Below, piece by piece: positions 9,396 to 19,063 of a stretch of 64,000 nucleotides of DNA. The stretch is taken from assembly GCA_017535925.1 (NCBI GenBank), contig JAFXTD010000028.1, positions 17,229-81,228 on the forward strand. Reading direction: 5' to 3'. The position numbers and the translations under genes are program-made. The notes under the pieces are model-generated. The model had not been told where the DNA came from. It did no database searches and saw only the letters and a list, made by a program, of their open reading frames with translations. Every line of letters begins with the position of its first letter. Position 1 is the stretch's first letter. Source of the stretch: Selenomonadaceae bacterium (GTDB taxonomy: Bacteria; Bacillota; Negativicutes; Selenomonadales; Selenomonadaceae).

Positions 9396-9481
9396 TTCAA
9401 AATCTCCTTTCAAAAATGTATATGTCAGCAGATTAACAGTTGTCAGCTCCCTTACTGCTACCCTGCCAACCTGATAAAATT

Positions 9482-10348
9482 TTAAGCCGGCAAATGCATT
9501 TCACGAGCCTGTTCGCGCAAGTGAGCAATGCGGTCGTCGGTATCGGGGTGCGTCGAAAATAAATTCTTCAAAGTTTTTTTCGAGTTCTCAAGCGGATTGA
9601 CAATGAACATGTGAGCGGTTGCAGTTCCGGCTTGAGGCATGGGCGCGCTGTGTTGAGCGTAGTATTCGATTTTTTCAAGGGCGTTTGCAAGATACATCGG
9701 GTTGCCGCAAATTTCGCCGCCGGTTTTGTCAGCGTCGTATTCCCTCGAACGAGACACGGCAAGTTGAATCAGCGAGGCAGCAATCGGCGCGAGAATTATC
9801 GTTGCCAAAAGACCGATAATCCCTCCGTTGTCGTCGTCGGAACGCGTGCCGAAAATCGCGCCCCATTGAACGATATTTGCAACCATCGAAATGACGCCCG
9901 CCATCGAGGCAGCGATTGTCCCGATTAAAATATCCCTGTGCTTGACGTGCGCCAATTCGTGACCAAGCACGCCGGAAATTTCGTTGTAGTCGAGAACTTT
10001 CATTATGCCGGTCGTGACTGCAACCGCCGCATGGTCGGGGTTCCTGCCCGTCGCGAAAGCATTGGGAACTTCGGAATCAATCACGTAGACGCGAGGCATC
10101 GGCAAGTTCGCCTTCTGCGCGAGCTTTGAAACAATTTCATAGAGTTGCGGTGCATCTTTATCCGAGACTTCGCGGGCGTTGTAACTTTTGAGGACAATCG
10201 AATCGCTGAACCAGTAACTGAAAAAATTCATGCCGATCGCAATCACGAGCATAATCATTGCCCAAGTCGAGCCGCCAATCATTCCTCCGACGGCAACCAT
10301 CAAGCCCGTCAGCAACGCCATAAGTAAAAAGGTTTTGAAAATGTTCAT
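9482..10348 (-). CDS. htpX: membrane zinc protease HtpX (M48)
   Basis: Start at MNIFKTF (ATG 10348, behind GGAGG). TM helices; HELAHVKHRD HExxH motif. Confidence 0.9.
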   Translation of the reverse strand: MNIFKTFLLMALLTGLMVAVGGMIGGSTWAMIMLVIAIGMNFFSYWFSDSIVLKSYNAREVSDKDAPQLYEIVSKLAQKANLPMPRVYVIDSEVPNAFATGRNPDHAAVAVTTGIMKVLDYNEISGVLGHELAHVKHRDILIGTIAASMAGVISMVANIVQWGAIFGTRSDDDNGGIIGLLATIILAPIAASLIQLAVSRSREYDADKTGGEICGNPMYLANALEKIEYYAQHSAPMPQAGTATAHMFIVNPLENSKKTLKNLFSTHPDTDDRIAHLREQAREMHLPA

Positions 10349-10496
10349 GCTGAAACCTCCTATCATGCAGATTATAAAAGCGATTCGATTTTTCGGCAAG
10401 ACTTAAGGATATTTTTAATTGACAGTGCGGCGAGTGCATGTTAATCTTTTCGCGTAACCTTTGAATCTCTTCGACAATCTGAAAGGGTGATTTGCA

Positions 10497-11039
10497 ATGA
10501 AAAAATTTTTTCTGTTGACGGCGATTTTTCTTGCGGCTTTTATTTCCGTTGCAAGCGCGCAGCCGAATTACAATTTCGCGCGCGTTTCTGATTTGGGAGC
10601 GCAAGAGTTCGTCGACCGCATGGGCTACGGCAACATTTATCAAAACCTCAAACAAAACGGGACAGTCGTCGCCTTCACGGCACCGGCACATCATCCCGAA
10701 TTGGAAGACCCGCAGAATTTTCCCGGCTTGAACGTTTACAGATCACTCTTCGGCATTCAAGGTACTCAAGCTCCGAACGGACAACTGCGCTTTTACGTCG
10801 ACCCCGAAGGTCATGTTTTCGTTGTTCAAATTATCAATGAAGGCAACCCTCAACTTTCGGGAATGGTTTTGCTTATGACAATGGAGGCAATCGGGCTCAA
10901 CGATCAAGAGGCTGCTCCTCTTCTTCAAACACAAGCTGCCGCTGCCGAAACGTGGTGCGCTGTTGCCGGCAGAAAAATTATTCGGCTCGTCACCGACCAA
11001 GAAGGCAATAACGTTTTCTTCTTCGGCGCGTCGAATTGA
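10497..11039 (+). CDS. hypothetical secreted protein
   Basis: Clear signal peptide (MKKFFLLTAIFLAAFISVASA). No family recognised. Stop abuts the stop of the convergent gene. Confidence 0.6.
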   Translation: MKKFFLLTAIFLAAFISVASAQPNYNFARVSDLGAQEFVDRMGYGNIYQNLKQNGTVVAFTAPAHHPELEDPQNFPGLNVYRSLFGIQGTQAPNGQLRFYVDPEGHVFVVQIINEGNPQLSGMVLLMTMEAIGLNDQEAAPLLQTQAAAAETWCAVAGRKIIRLVTDQEGNNVFFFGASN

Positions 11040-12266
11040 TTATGCTTGAGCACTCTCGACAAACCGCCAATGATAGCCGCCGGCTGTTCGATTAATTTCC
11101 TTGCAAGCTCGACGAATATGCGTATCTCTAATTTTGAGATAACGTGCCGCTTCATTTATCGACTCGTAAATTTTGTCGGTCTCAATGCAAATCACAGGTT
11201 TTTTCGTTGAATTCTTTTCGGAAAGTTTGGCTCTGTGTTCGTCACTCAAATGCCGCGCAGTCGTCGAAGAATTTTCTTCCGCTGTTTTGTCCGTATACTT
11301 CCAACGAAGACCGCCCGCCGTTTGAATAATTTTTTTGCAGGCTTTGGTTATGGAACTGCGGAGAATTTTATGAACACGTTCCGCTTCCGAAAGACTTTCG
11401 AAAATTTCACCCGTATCAATGCATGTAACGCGGCGAGATTTTGTCGTCTTGCCGTGAATTTTTTTTTCTGTATCGATTTTAACTTCCGTTGCTTCGTCGG
11501 GCTTATCGACAAACCGCCAATGATAGCCCGCCGCTGTCCGTTCGGGATTTTTGCAAGCATTTGAAATCCCCGTTCGATTTTTAAGATTATGAGCACGAGC
11601 TGCCGCTGTCAATGATTCAAATATTTCTTTTGTCTCAACGCAAATGACGGCTTGTTTATCTTTAGTTTCGGTGTCGTCTGCAAATTTCCAGTGAAAGCCG
11701 CCGGTAGTCTTGCGTTTATTTTGGCATACGCGATGAATACTTTGAAGACTGAGATTATTATGACGCGCCGCCTCCGTTACCGAATCATAAATTATTCCCG
11801 TTTCTATACATATCACTTTACGTTTATTCGGAATCACAGCAGATAAATGAGCTTTTTCTTCTTCCGTGAGCGGTCTGCCGGGTTTGCCTGTTAAACTTTG
11901 CGCGATAAGGTCTTTTGACTCGTTGCTGTGTTTCATACCGAAACGAGTCATTTTTGTGACGCTTTCGGGAGTTCGTTCCCAACCGCCTTCGCCGCCGTCA
12001 GTGTTATTGTAGCCGTTCGGCCAGCGGGTGCCGCGTGATTTAATGAAATGTCTTTCCCAACAGTTGAGCTCCTCTTGGCTTTCACAAACTTTCAAAATCG
12101 CCGTAGAAAAATTTTCTGCACCGTGTTTGCGAATCGCTCTGCCGATGTTCGACGTTTTGCAACGTTTGTGCTCTTTGAAGCGTTCCTCGACAGTTTGCGT
12201 CGTCTGCCCGACATATTCCTTGTCGTTTGTTCCGTCGATTAGCAGATAAATTACTCCGAATGCCAT
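11040..12266 (-). CDS. free-standing GIY-YIG homing-endonuclease-like protein with NUMOD3-like and four tandem HTH-like DNA-binding modules
   Basis: N-terminal GVIYLL...YVGQT...R..EH...E...N GIY-YIG core. NUMOD3-like KHSNESKDLIAQSLTGK / LSDEHRAKLSEK. Four ~50-aa repeats of the form V.CIETG.I[YF][ED]S..EAAR......I..ACK...[RK]TAGG[YF]HW[RK][FY]. Confidence 0.85.
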   Translation of the reverse strand: MAFGVIYLLIDGTNDKEYVGQTTQTVEERFKEHKRCKTSNIGRAIRKHGAENFSTAILKVCESQEELNCWERHFIKSRGTRWPNGYNNTDGGEGGWERTPESVTKMTRFGMKHSNESKDLIAQSLTGKPGRPLTEEEKAHLSAVIPNKRKVICIETGIIYDSVTEAARHNNLSLQSIHRVCQNKRKTTGGFHWKFADDTETKDKQAVICVETKEIFESLTAAARAHNLKNRTGISNACKNPERTAAGYHWRFVDKPDEATEVKIDTEKKIHGKTTKSRRVTCIDTGEIFESLSEAERVHKILRSSITKACKKIIQTAGGLRWKYTDKTAEENSSTTARHLSDEHRAKLSEKNSTKKPVICIETDKIYESINEAARYLKIRDTHIRRACKEINRTAGGYHWRFVESAQA

Positions 12267-12442
12267 AATGAATCATCCTTTCGTTTGACAGCGCGGCGCG
12301 AGCGTGTTAGAATTCAAAATGTAGATATTGCTCTGCCGTGTTTTTGATGAAGTTTTCAACGACTCAATCTTACACTGCAGGCTTTTTTTCGTCAACAAAA
12401 ATTTTCTCGGCAAGTGTATTCAAAATACCTCCGAAAAATTTC

Positions 12443-12471
12443 TTGACACTTGGCGGCAGTTATGATAATCT
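12443..12471 (+). promoter_or_regulatory. putative sigma70-type promoter of tRNA-Ser
   Basis: TTGACA (12443-12448), 17 nt, TAATCT (or the overlapping GATAAT). Confidence 0.4.
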
Positions 12472-12530
12472 ACGCAAGGTTTTTTAAATAAAATCAGGTT
12501 GGTTAAAGTAAAGCCGACTAATTTGGTGTT

Positions 12531-12624
12531 GGAGTGGTACTCAAGCTTGGTGACGAGGCCTCACTGCTAATGAGGTAGGCTGCATAAAAGCGGCGCGGAG
12601 GTTCAAATCCTCTCCACTCCGCCA
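12531..12624 (+). tRNA. tRNA-Ser (anticodon GCT)
   Basis: Acceptor GGAGTGG/CCACTCC; anticodon stem CCTCA/TGAGG with loop CTGCTAA; long variable arm; T arm GGAGGTTCAAATCCTCT; encoded CCA. Confidence 0.93.
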
Positions 12625-12718
12625 TAAAGAAAAAATTCGCTCTTCAATGAGCGATTGTTGAGAATCGTCGTGCGGAGTACCGTGCGGCGATTTAAACTTT
12701 CAAGGAGGTTTTTGTTTA

Positions 12719-13948
12719 ATGGCAAGAATTAACGAAAATTATTTGAAGCTGCCGGGCGCATATCTCTTTTCTGAAGTCGGTAAACGCGCCGCCGCTTATC
12801 AAAAAGAAAATCCCGATGCAAAAATTATTCGGCTCGGTATCGGCGACGTTACCCGCCCGCTTCCGCAAGTTTGTATCGACGCAATGAAACGCGCCGCAGA
12901 TGAAATGGGGCACGTCGAAACTTTTCGCGGCTACGGTCCCGAACAAGGCTATTCTTTCCTGCGTGATAAGATTGCCGATTTCAATTACAAGAGGCGCGGG
13001 CTCAACGTCAGCGCGGATGAAATTTTTATCAGCGACGGTTCCAAATGCGATTGCGGCAATATCCAAGAAATTTTCGCGCTCGACAGCAAAGTTGCGCTCG
13101 GCGACCCCGTCTATCCCGTCTACAACGATTCAAACGTCATGGCGGGACGCACCGGCAACTTGAAAGCCGACGGTCACTTCGAGGGCATTGTCTACTTGCC
13201 GTGCACTGCCGAAAATAATTTTGAGCCGAAACCGCCCGCAGAGAAGGTCGACATGGTTTATCTTTGCTCGCCGAATAATCCGACGGGCACCACGTTGAGT
13301 AAATCCGCGCTTGAAGCTTGGGTTGCCTACGCCAAAGAAAATGACGCCGTGATTTTATTTGACGCCGCCTATGCCGCTTACATCACCGAAGAAAATGTTC
13401 CGCGTTCGATTTACGAAATTGAAGGTGCTCGTGACGTTGCGATTGAGTTCCGCTCCTTCAGCAAGACGGCAGGTTTCACGGGCACTCGTTGCGGCTACAT
13501 TGTTATTCCCGAAGGCTTGACCGGCACGACTTCGACGGGCGAACGCGTTCCTTTTAAAAATCTTTGGGCGCGTCGTCATACAACGAAATTCAACGGCACG
13601 AGCTATATCACTCAACGCGGCGCAGAGGCGATTTATTCCGCCGAAGGTCAAGCGCAAGTCAAAGAGCTCATTAATTACTATCTTGAAAATGCAAAGATTA
13701 TCCGCGAGAGTTTGACAGCGGCAGGCTTGAAGACTTACGGCGGAATTAACGCTCCTTACATTTGGTTGAAGACGCCCGACGATATTCCGTCAAGCTGGGA
13801 TTTCTTCGACAAGCTCCTCCGCGAAAAACACATTATCGGAACGCCGGGCGCGGGCTTCGGTCCTTGCGGCGAAGGTTACTTGAGATTAACCTCCTTCAAC
13901 AGCAGAGAAAATACAATCGAGGCTTGCGAGCGTCTCAAAAACTTTTAA
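12719..13948 (+). CDS. dapL: LL-diaminopimelate aminotransferase
   Basis: 409 aa. [20 protein letters not shown]...[10 protein letters not shown]-terminus and [13 protein letters not shown]-lysine context typical of DapL. Confidence 0.9.
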   Translation: MARINENYLKLPGAYLFSEVGKRAAAYQKENPDAKIIRLGIGDVTRPLPQVCIDAMKRAADEMGHVETFRGYGPEQGYSFLRDKIADFNYKRRGLNVSADEIFISDGSKCDCGNIQEIFALDSKVALGDPVYPVYNDSNVMAGRTGNLKADGHFEGIVYLPCTAENNFEPKPPAEKVDMVYLCSPNNPTGTTLSKSALEAWVAYAKENDAVILFDAAYAAYITEENVPRSIYEIEGARDVAIEFRSFSKTAGFTGTRCGYIVIPEGLTGTTSTGERVPFKNLWARRHTTKFNGTSYITQRGAEAIYSAEGQAQVKELINYYLENAKIIRESLTAAGLKTYGGINAPYIWLKTPDDIPSSWDFFDKLLREKHIIGTPGAGFGPCGEGYLRLTSFNSRENTIEACERLKNF

Positions 13949-13975
13949 AGCCCGTTGATAAATTTATTTGCAGAT

Positions 13976-14104
13976 GTGAGCGAAAACCCGGCCGCACAAT
14001 TTAGTGATTAGTGATTAGCTGTTAGCGGTTAGCTGTTAGAATTCTAATCACTGACCACTGACCACTTTAATTGGACAAGCAAAGAAAAAGTAGAAGAAAC
14101 TTTT
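13976..14104. repeat. chimeric repeat: MITE left fragment + heptamer array + MITE right fragment
   Basis: 13976-13998 GTGAGCGAAAACCCGGCCGCACA matches the element's left part. 14001-14066 is TTAGTGA x2, TTAGCTG, TTAGCGG, TTAGCTG, loop, CTAATCA CTGACCA CTGACCA. 14077-14104 GCAAAGAAAAAGTAGAAGAAACTTTT matches the 3' half of hairpin 3. Confidence 0.7.
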
Positions 14105-14156
14105 AAAGAGTTTTAATAAAGCTGTGATAAATTTTCGGCAAAGGAGAGTGATGGAG

Positions 14157-15278
14157 ATGAAGGTGCCAAAAATTTTTGCGGCAATCGCGGCGGCGATTTT
14201 TTTCGCGGCAAGTGCAAGTGTATCTGCCGAAACCCAAGCCGTTAATTTTGTCGACGGCGTCGATTGGAAAAACAGAATCGTGACCGTGACCGGCGAAGGT
14301 CTTTTTCCGTCCGTTGCCGTCAATCAACTGCAGGCGAGGAATTGGGCTGCCAAAGCTGCGCGGGCAGATGCTTATCGCAAACTTGCCGAAATTATCAACG
14401 GCGTGCGCGTCGAAGGCGAAACGACCGTCGAGAAAATGCTGACGACTTACGACCAAATAAAAATCAAAGTTGCGGCGACGATTCGCGGCGCGGTTGTCGT
14501 CAACGAAACTTATTTGGAAGAAGGAGGCTATCGTGTCGTAATGCAAATGCCGCTCTTCGGCACGTCGAATTCATTGGCGGGAGCCGTCTTTGAAAAATCT
14601 TCGGAAGTCGAACCTTTCCCCGACCCCGTCCTCGAAGTCGAGCCGTCCTCCATGCCGTATAACTCTTCGACGCCGCTCAAGCGCAGATTTGAAGTCACGA
14701 GGGCAACACGCGAACCCGTCACGCCCGTAACGTCTTACAAGCCGCCGCTTTCGAGAATGTCAATGCAATCGCTTGACACAATCATTTTGCAAAAGCTGGC
14801 AACAAATAATTTGACGGTGCAGGAGCCGACTTATCAGCAACCGACTTATCAACAGCCTGTCCCGAATTCGCAAACAGTCTACGATACGCCGACGACAACT
14901 CAACCCGTGCGCAGGACTGTCGCGGAATACGCTTCGATGGCTCAAGGCGATTACACCGGCTTAATTGTCGACTGCCGAGGTTTGGACTTGCAACCGGTCA
15001 TGAGCCCCGTCATTGAAAATTCCAACGGCACAAAAATTTACGGACACAAAAATCTTGACATCGACAAAATAATTTCAATGGGCATGGCGGATTATATCAG
15101 CGATACGGAAAGCGTACAGCGTGCGGGAGACAATCCGCTCGTCGTCAAGGCAATCGCCGTAAAAAATTTCAACAGCAACCCCGTCTTGACAATCCCCGAC
15201 TCGAATCGCGTTTTGATTGAAAATTACGCCACGAAATTTTTAAAAGATTTGAAGGTCGTTTTCCTCTTCGACTACTAA
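14157..15278 (+). CDS. secreted protein with N-terminal LPP20-like domain and PTYQQ repeats
   Basis: Start chosen at MKVPKIF (10 nt after GGAG). Signal peptide; LPP20-like segment (ARNWAAKAARADAYRKLAEIINGVRV); tandem EPTYQQPTYQQP. C-terminal domain unrecognised. Confidence 0.7.
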   Translation: MKVPKIFAAIAAAIFFAASASVSAETQAVNFVDGVDWKNRIVTVTGEGLFPSVAVNQLQARNWAAKAARADAYRKLAEIINGVRVEGETTVEKMLTTYDQIKIKVAATIRGAVVVNETYLEEGGYRVVMQMPLFGTSNSLAGAVFEKSSEVEPFPDPVLEVEPSSMPYNSSTPLKRRFEVTRATREPVTPVTSYKPPLSRMSMQSLDTIILQKLATNNLTVQEPTYQQPTYQQPVPNSQTVYDTPTTTQPVRRTVAEYASMAQGDYTGLIVDCRGLDLQPVMSPVIENSNGTKIYGHKNLDIDKIISMGMADYISDTESVQRAGDNPLVVKAIAVKNFNSNPVLTIPDSNRVLIENYATKFLKDLKVVFLFDY

Positions 15279-15299
15279 AATTTTTTCATGATAATTCTC

Positions 15300-15322
15300 C
15301 GCCGACTTCGGCGTTTTTTTTT
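15300..15322 (+). terminator. rho-independent terminator
   Basis: CGCCG-ACTT-CGGCG followed by T9. Confidence 0.7.
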
Positions 15323-15325
15323 GTA

Positions 15326-15402
15326 GTGACTTGGGACTGTCAGCTTTCAGCTACTGGAATTTTTTCTGACACCTTTAAAATCAATTTACCAACAGCTCTG
15401 GA
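15326..15402. repeat. MITE-derived fragment (heptamer-like TCAGCTT TCAGCTA block plus solo right TIR)
   Basis: TCAGCTTTCAGCTNNNGGAATTTTTTCTGACA recurs at 53540-53572. AATTTACCAACAGCTCT (15383-15399) matches the right TIR of 54824-55032. Confidence 0.6.
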
Positions 15403-16279
15403 AGGCACAAGTTACCATTTCTCGATAGCGGCGCAGTTCTTTTTCGTCCTTGCTTTCCATAAACGCTTTAATATACGCGAGCAATTCACTTTTGGATTCC
15501 GGCAACTTGCATTGAACATGGAAAAGGTTGGAGGCGTGTTCGTTCATAAAAATTGTGTCATTGGTCAAGCAACGTATAAATTCGTAAATCTCTTCAAGTT
15601 TTTCCGGTTCTGTAGATTCTGCATATGCGCCGTTTAGCATTGCCCTATACAGCGGTGTGCCCGGCACTATTGTCAGCATGGACGCATTAACCATAGTCGG
15701 GTGAAGACCGTCATAAAGTTCAGCTGTACGCCGAGCATTTGCAAGACCATATTCGTGCCCGCCCGCGCCGTTTAAGAAATTCACAATGAAAGGCAGTCCC
15801 GAAGCGTCGATTTTCTCCAAGACTTCACGCGCCTGCGCAGCTGTGTAGCCTTTATTTATCCGCTTTAAAACTGTGTCGTCTCCCGATTCAACACCGATAT
15901 AAGGATCTGAATAACCTGCCGCTGCCATATTCCTAAGTTGTTCTTCCGTCTTGTCGTAGAAATTGTCAATGCGTGCATAGCCGCCGATACTTTTCACCGA
16001 CGGAACATATTTATGCAAAAGCTCCGCCGTCTTCATCAGCACGTCATAATCCGCCGCAAATCCGTCTGCTCCTTGAAGGAAAATTCTTTTCGGCGCACCA
16101 AAATATTTGCTCATTTCTTTTATGTCGCTCTCGATTTCCTCAACAGATGACTTCTTAAACTTCTTGTCCTTGAAGTAAGTACAAAACAGGCAACGATTAT
16201 GGGAACAACCCTGCGTCGTTTGCAAATAGCCGTCCGCCGTCTCGTAAGGCGGGCGATTTATCCCGCTTGAAAAATGCAT
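15386..16279 (-). CDS. radical SAM protein (Elp3-like core), paralog 1
   Basis: N-terminal NRPPYE...TQGCSHNRCLFC cluster motif (CX4CX2C); GGE-like and TIM-barrel pattern. Paralogous to the neighbouring gene. Confidence 0.8.
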   Translation of the reverse strand: MHFSSGINRPPYETADGYLQTTQGCSHNRCLFCTYFKDKKFKKSSVEEIESDIKEMSKYFGAPKRIFLQGADGFAADYDVLMKTAELLHKYVPSVKSIGGYARIDNFYDKTEEQLRNMAAAGYSDPYIGVESGDDTVLKRINKGYTAAQAREVLEKIDASGLPFIVNFLNGAGGHEYGLANARRTAELYDGLHPTMVNASMLTIVPGTPLYRAMLNGAYAESTEPEKLEEIYEFIRCLTNDTIFMNEHASNLFHVQCKLPESKSELLAYIKAFMESKDEKELRRYREMVTCAFQSCW

Positions 16280-16296
16280 TTGACAGTCCTCCCGAT

Positions 16297-17187
16297 TTAC
16301 AAAGTGCCGATTTTAGAAACTCTCTTGTACAAAGTCTCGTCAACCGTTTCAATCGCTCTTTCCAAAGTAATGAGCATCCTCGACTTATCCGTCTTCAATG
16401 TTCCTTCGACACCTACCGAATCCAAAGGGTGAATCGCCCAGAAATATGTATTCGGAAGCTCCAAGCCTTTCAAGAAAGCATATTCCTCTTGCAGAATTTC
16501 CTTCTCGCCCGCAGGAACAAATTCGCCCGTCTTAATTTCCTCATCAAGTTCCGTTCCCACAAAAGCAGACATAGTATTGACGAGAATTTTGTCGGGCTTA
16601 AGTTCATTCTCCAACGCGGCTGTGACTTCGGCGACTTCCAAGCCTCTGCCCTTGCCGCCGGTGCCCAACATCAGCAAATCGCAATGACGAATACCGACTT
16701 CATTCAACCGCAAACATTGTTCCCTTGTTTCGTCAGCCGAATAGCCTTTGTTTAATTTCTCCAGCACTTCATTTGAGCCGCATTCAACACCGATATACAA
16801 ATCGTTAATGCCTGCCTCTTTCAAGCAACGCAGTTCCTCATCACTCTTACGCGCTATATTATCCGTTCGGGCATACATAGAGATAACTCCGACGTTCGGC
16901 AAATATTTTTTAATCAGCTCCACACGTTTCAAGAGGCTTTTCGCCGAAATAACAAACGGGTCTGCTCCAACCAAGTAAACCCGCTTTATTTTATCCGCAT
17001 AACTGCCATAAACGCCAATCAAGTCCGACAAGTATTCTTCAATTTCATTAAGCGACCACGCACGAAACGAAATGCCTCGATACATGTTGCAGAAAGTGCA
17101 ACTGTTATGACTGCAACCTTCCGTAATCGGTATCAGGATTGTATTTGCCTCTATCGGCGGTCTGTAAATCACTCCGTTATACTTCAA
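16297..17187 (-). CDS. radical SAM protein (Elp3-like core), paralog 2
   Basis: YRPPIE...TEGCSHNSCTFC (CX4CX2C). Collinear similarity to 15386-16279, 17-nt gap to it. Confidence 0.8.
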   Translation of the reverse strand: MKYNGVIYRPPIEANTILIPITEGCSHNSCTFCNMYRGISFRAWSLNEIEEYLSDLIGVYGSYADKIKRVYLVGADPFVISAKSLLKRVELIKKYLPNVGVISMYARTDNIARKSDEELRCLKEAGINDLYIGVECGSNEVLEKLNKGYSADETREQCLRLNEVGIRHCDLLMLGTGGKGRGLEVAEVTAALENELKPDKILVNTMSAFVGTELDEEIKTGEFVPAGEKEILQEEYAFLKGLELPNTYFWAIHPLDSVGVEGTLKTDKSRMLITLERAIETVDETLYKRVSKIGTL

Positions 17188-17388
17188 AGCAATAACCTCA
17201 TTTCTTTACTTGTTACCATTTTTATATTGCAATCAAAAGCAATTTATTTCAAGTACGCAGTTTTTTCTGCCTTGACTTTAATGTCTGTCGATAAATTCGG
17301 AAAGCAGCGGTGAGAAAAAACCATGACACCCGACCGCTAAATTTGCGTCAAAACATTTGACATATCACTTGACAATCTATAAAATATC

Positions 17389-18960
17389 TTGGTATTCAAG
17401 AGAAAAATTTTGGGGGTGAGTGTTATCGCTATTACAATCGCAGCAGTCATCATTGCAATAATTTTCGGCGCAGCGGGCGGCTACATGGCGCGCAAACGAT
17501 CTGCCGAAGCTCAAATCGGCTCGGCGGAAGAAGAGGCACGGCGTATCGTCGACGAGGCGCGAGAAAAATCCAACGCAGAAAAGAAAGAAACCATTCTTGA
17601 AGCTAAGGAAGAAATTCATAGAATGCGGCAGGAACTCGACCGCGACACCAAAGAACGCCGCAACGAACTCTCTCGGCAAGAACGGCGCGTCGTTCAAAAA
17701 GAAGAGAACTTGGACAAAAAGCTGGATTCATTGGAGAAAAAAGAAGCACTTCTAAGCAAGAAAGAAGCACGGCTTAATGAGTCTCAAGCTCAACTTGACG
17801 CAATGCAGGAAAAGGAAGACGCGGAACTTGAACGCATTGCCGAATTGAGCAGAGACGAAGCACGAACTATTTTGATGAATGAGGTTGAAGAAAGTTTAAA
17901 ACACGACAAAGCATTACGAATTAAAGAGTACGAGGTGCAAATCAAGGACGAGGCAGATAAAAAAGCGCGAGACATTTTGAGCACGGCAATTCAACGTTGC
18001 GCGGCAGACCATGTGGCGGAAACGACGGTATCGGTTGTGGCTCTTCCAAGTGACGACATGAAAGGCAGAATTATCGGGCGCGAAGGCAGAAATATTCGCA
18101 CGCTTGAAACTTTGACGGGAATTGATTTGATAATCGACGACACGCCCGAAGCAGTTATCCTTTCCGGCTTTGACCCCGTCAAAAGAGAAATCGCCCGCGT
18201 CGCCCTTGAGAAATTAATTTCGGACGGAAGAATTCATCCCGCACGAATTGAAGAGATGGTCGAGAAGGCAACCCGTGAAGTCGATAACCGCATGAAAGAG
18301 GCGGGCGAACAGGCAACCTTCAAAGTCGGCGTTCACGGAATTCATCCCGAACTTGTCAAACTTTTGGGGCGGCTGAAGTACCGCACGAGCTACGGACAAA
18401 ATGTTTTGAATCACTCAATCGAAGTGGCAATGCTTGCAGGCATCATGGCGAGTGAATTGGGCGTTGACGTAAATTTGGCAAAGCGAGCCGGACTCCTCCA
18501 CGACATAGGCAAGGCGGTTGATCACGAAGTCGAAGGTCCTCACGTGACAATCGGCGCAGACTTGGCAAAACGTTATCGCGAAAACAAAAACGTCATCAAC
18601 GCCATTGCCTCACATCACGGCGACGTAGAGGCGACTTCGGTCGAGGCAGTCTTGGTTGCGGCGGCCGACGCAGTTTCGGCAGCAAGACCCGGCGCACGTC
18701 GTGAAAGTTTGGAAATGTATCTCAAGCGACTGAAAATGTTGGAAGAAATTGCCGAGAGTTTCGAGGGCGTCGAACGTTGCTTTGCGATTCAAGCGGGGCG
18801 TGAGATTCGTGTCATGGTTAAGCCCGACAAAGTGGACGACGCGGCGGCAGTGACGCTTGCCCACGAAATCGTCAAGAAGATTGAAAAAGATTTGGATTAT
18901 CCCGGACAAATTCGGGCGACAATCATTCGCGAAGTTCGAGTCGTCGACTACGCAAAATAA
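17389..18960 (+). CDS. rny: ribonuclease Y
   Basis: N-terminal TM helix, coiled-coil, KH domain ([15 protein letters not shown]), HD domain (LLHDIGKA). The exact start is uncertain; a GTG at 17416 is possible. Confidence 0.93.
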   Translation: MVFKRKILGVSVIAITIAAVIIAIIFGAAGGYMARKRSAEAQIGSAEEEARRIVDEAREKSNAEKKETILEAKEEIHRMRQELDRDTKERRNELSRQERRVVQKEENLDKKLDSLEKKEALLSKKEARLNESQAQLDAMQEKEDAELERIAELSRDEARTILMNEVEESLKHDKALRIKEYEVQIKDEADKKARDILSTAIQRCAADHVAETTVSVVALPSDDMKGRIIGREGRNIRTLETLTGIDLIIDDTPEAVILSGFDPVKREIARVALEKLISDGRIHPARIEEMVEKATREVDNRMKEAGEQATFKVGVHGIHPELVKLLGRLKYRTSYGQNVLNHSIEVAMLAGIMASELGVDVNLAKRAGLLHDIGKAVDHEVEGPHVTIGADLAKRYRENKNVINAIASHHGDVEATSVEAVLVAAADAVSAARPGARRESLEMYLKRLKMLEEIAESFEGVERCFAIQAGREIRVMVKPDKVDDAAAVTLAHEIVKKIEKDLDYPGQIRATIIREVRVVDYAK

Positions 18961-18973
18961 TAAACCAATAAGA

Positions 18974-19041
18974 AATGCGTAATGCGTAATGCGTAATCAA
19001 AACGTCTTCATTGCGCATTGCGCATTATTCATTCCGCATTG
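18974..19041. repeat. tandem heptanucleotide repeat hairpin
   Basis: (AATGCGT)x3 - loop - ATTGCGC ATTGCGC ATTATTC ATTCCGC. The arms pair with G-U wobbles on the + strand RNA. Sits between the rny stop and the next RBS. Confidence 0.8.
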
Positions 19042-19063
19042 TTTTTCAAAGGAGGTTAGAGCG

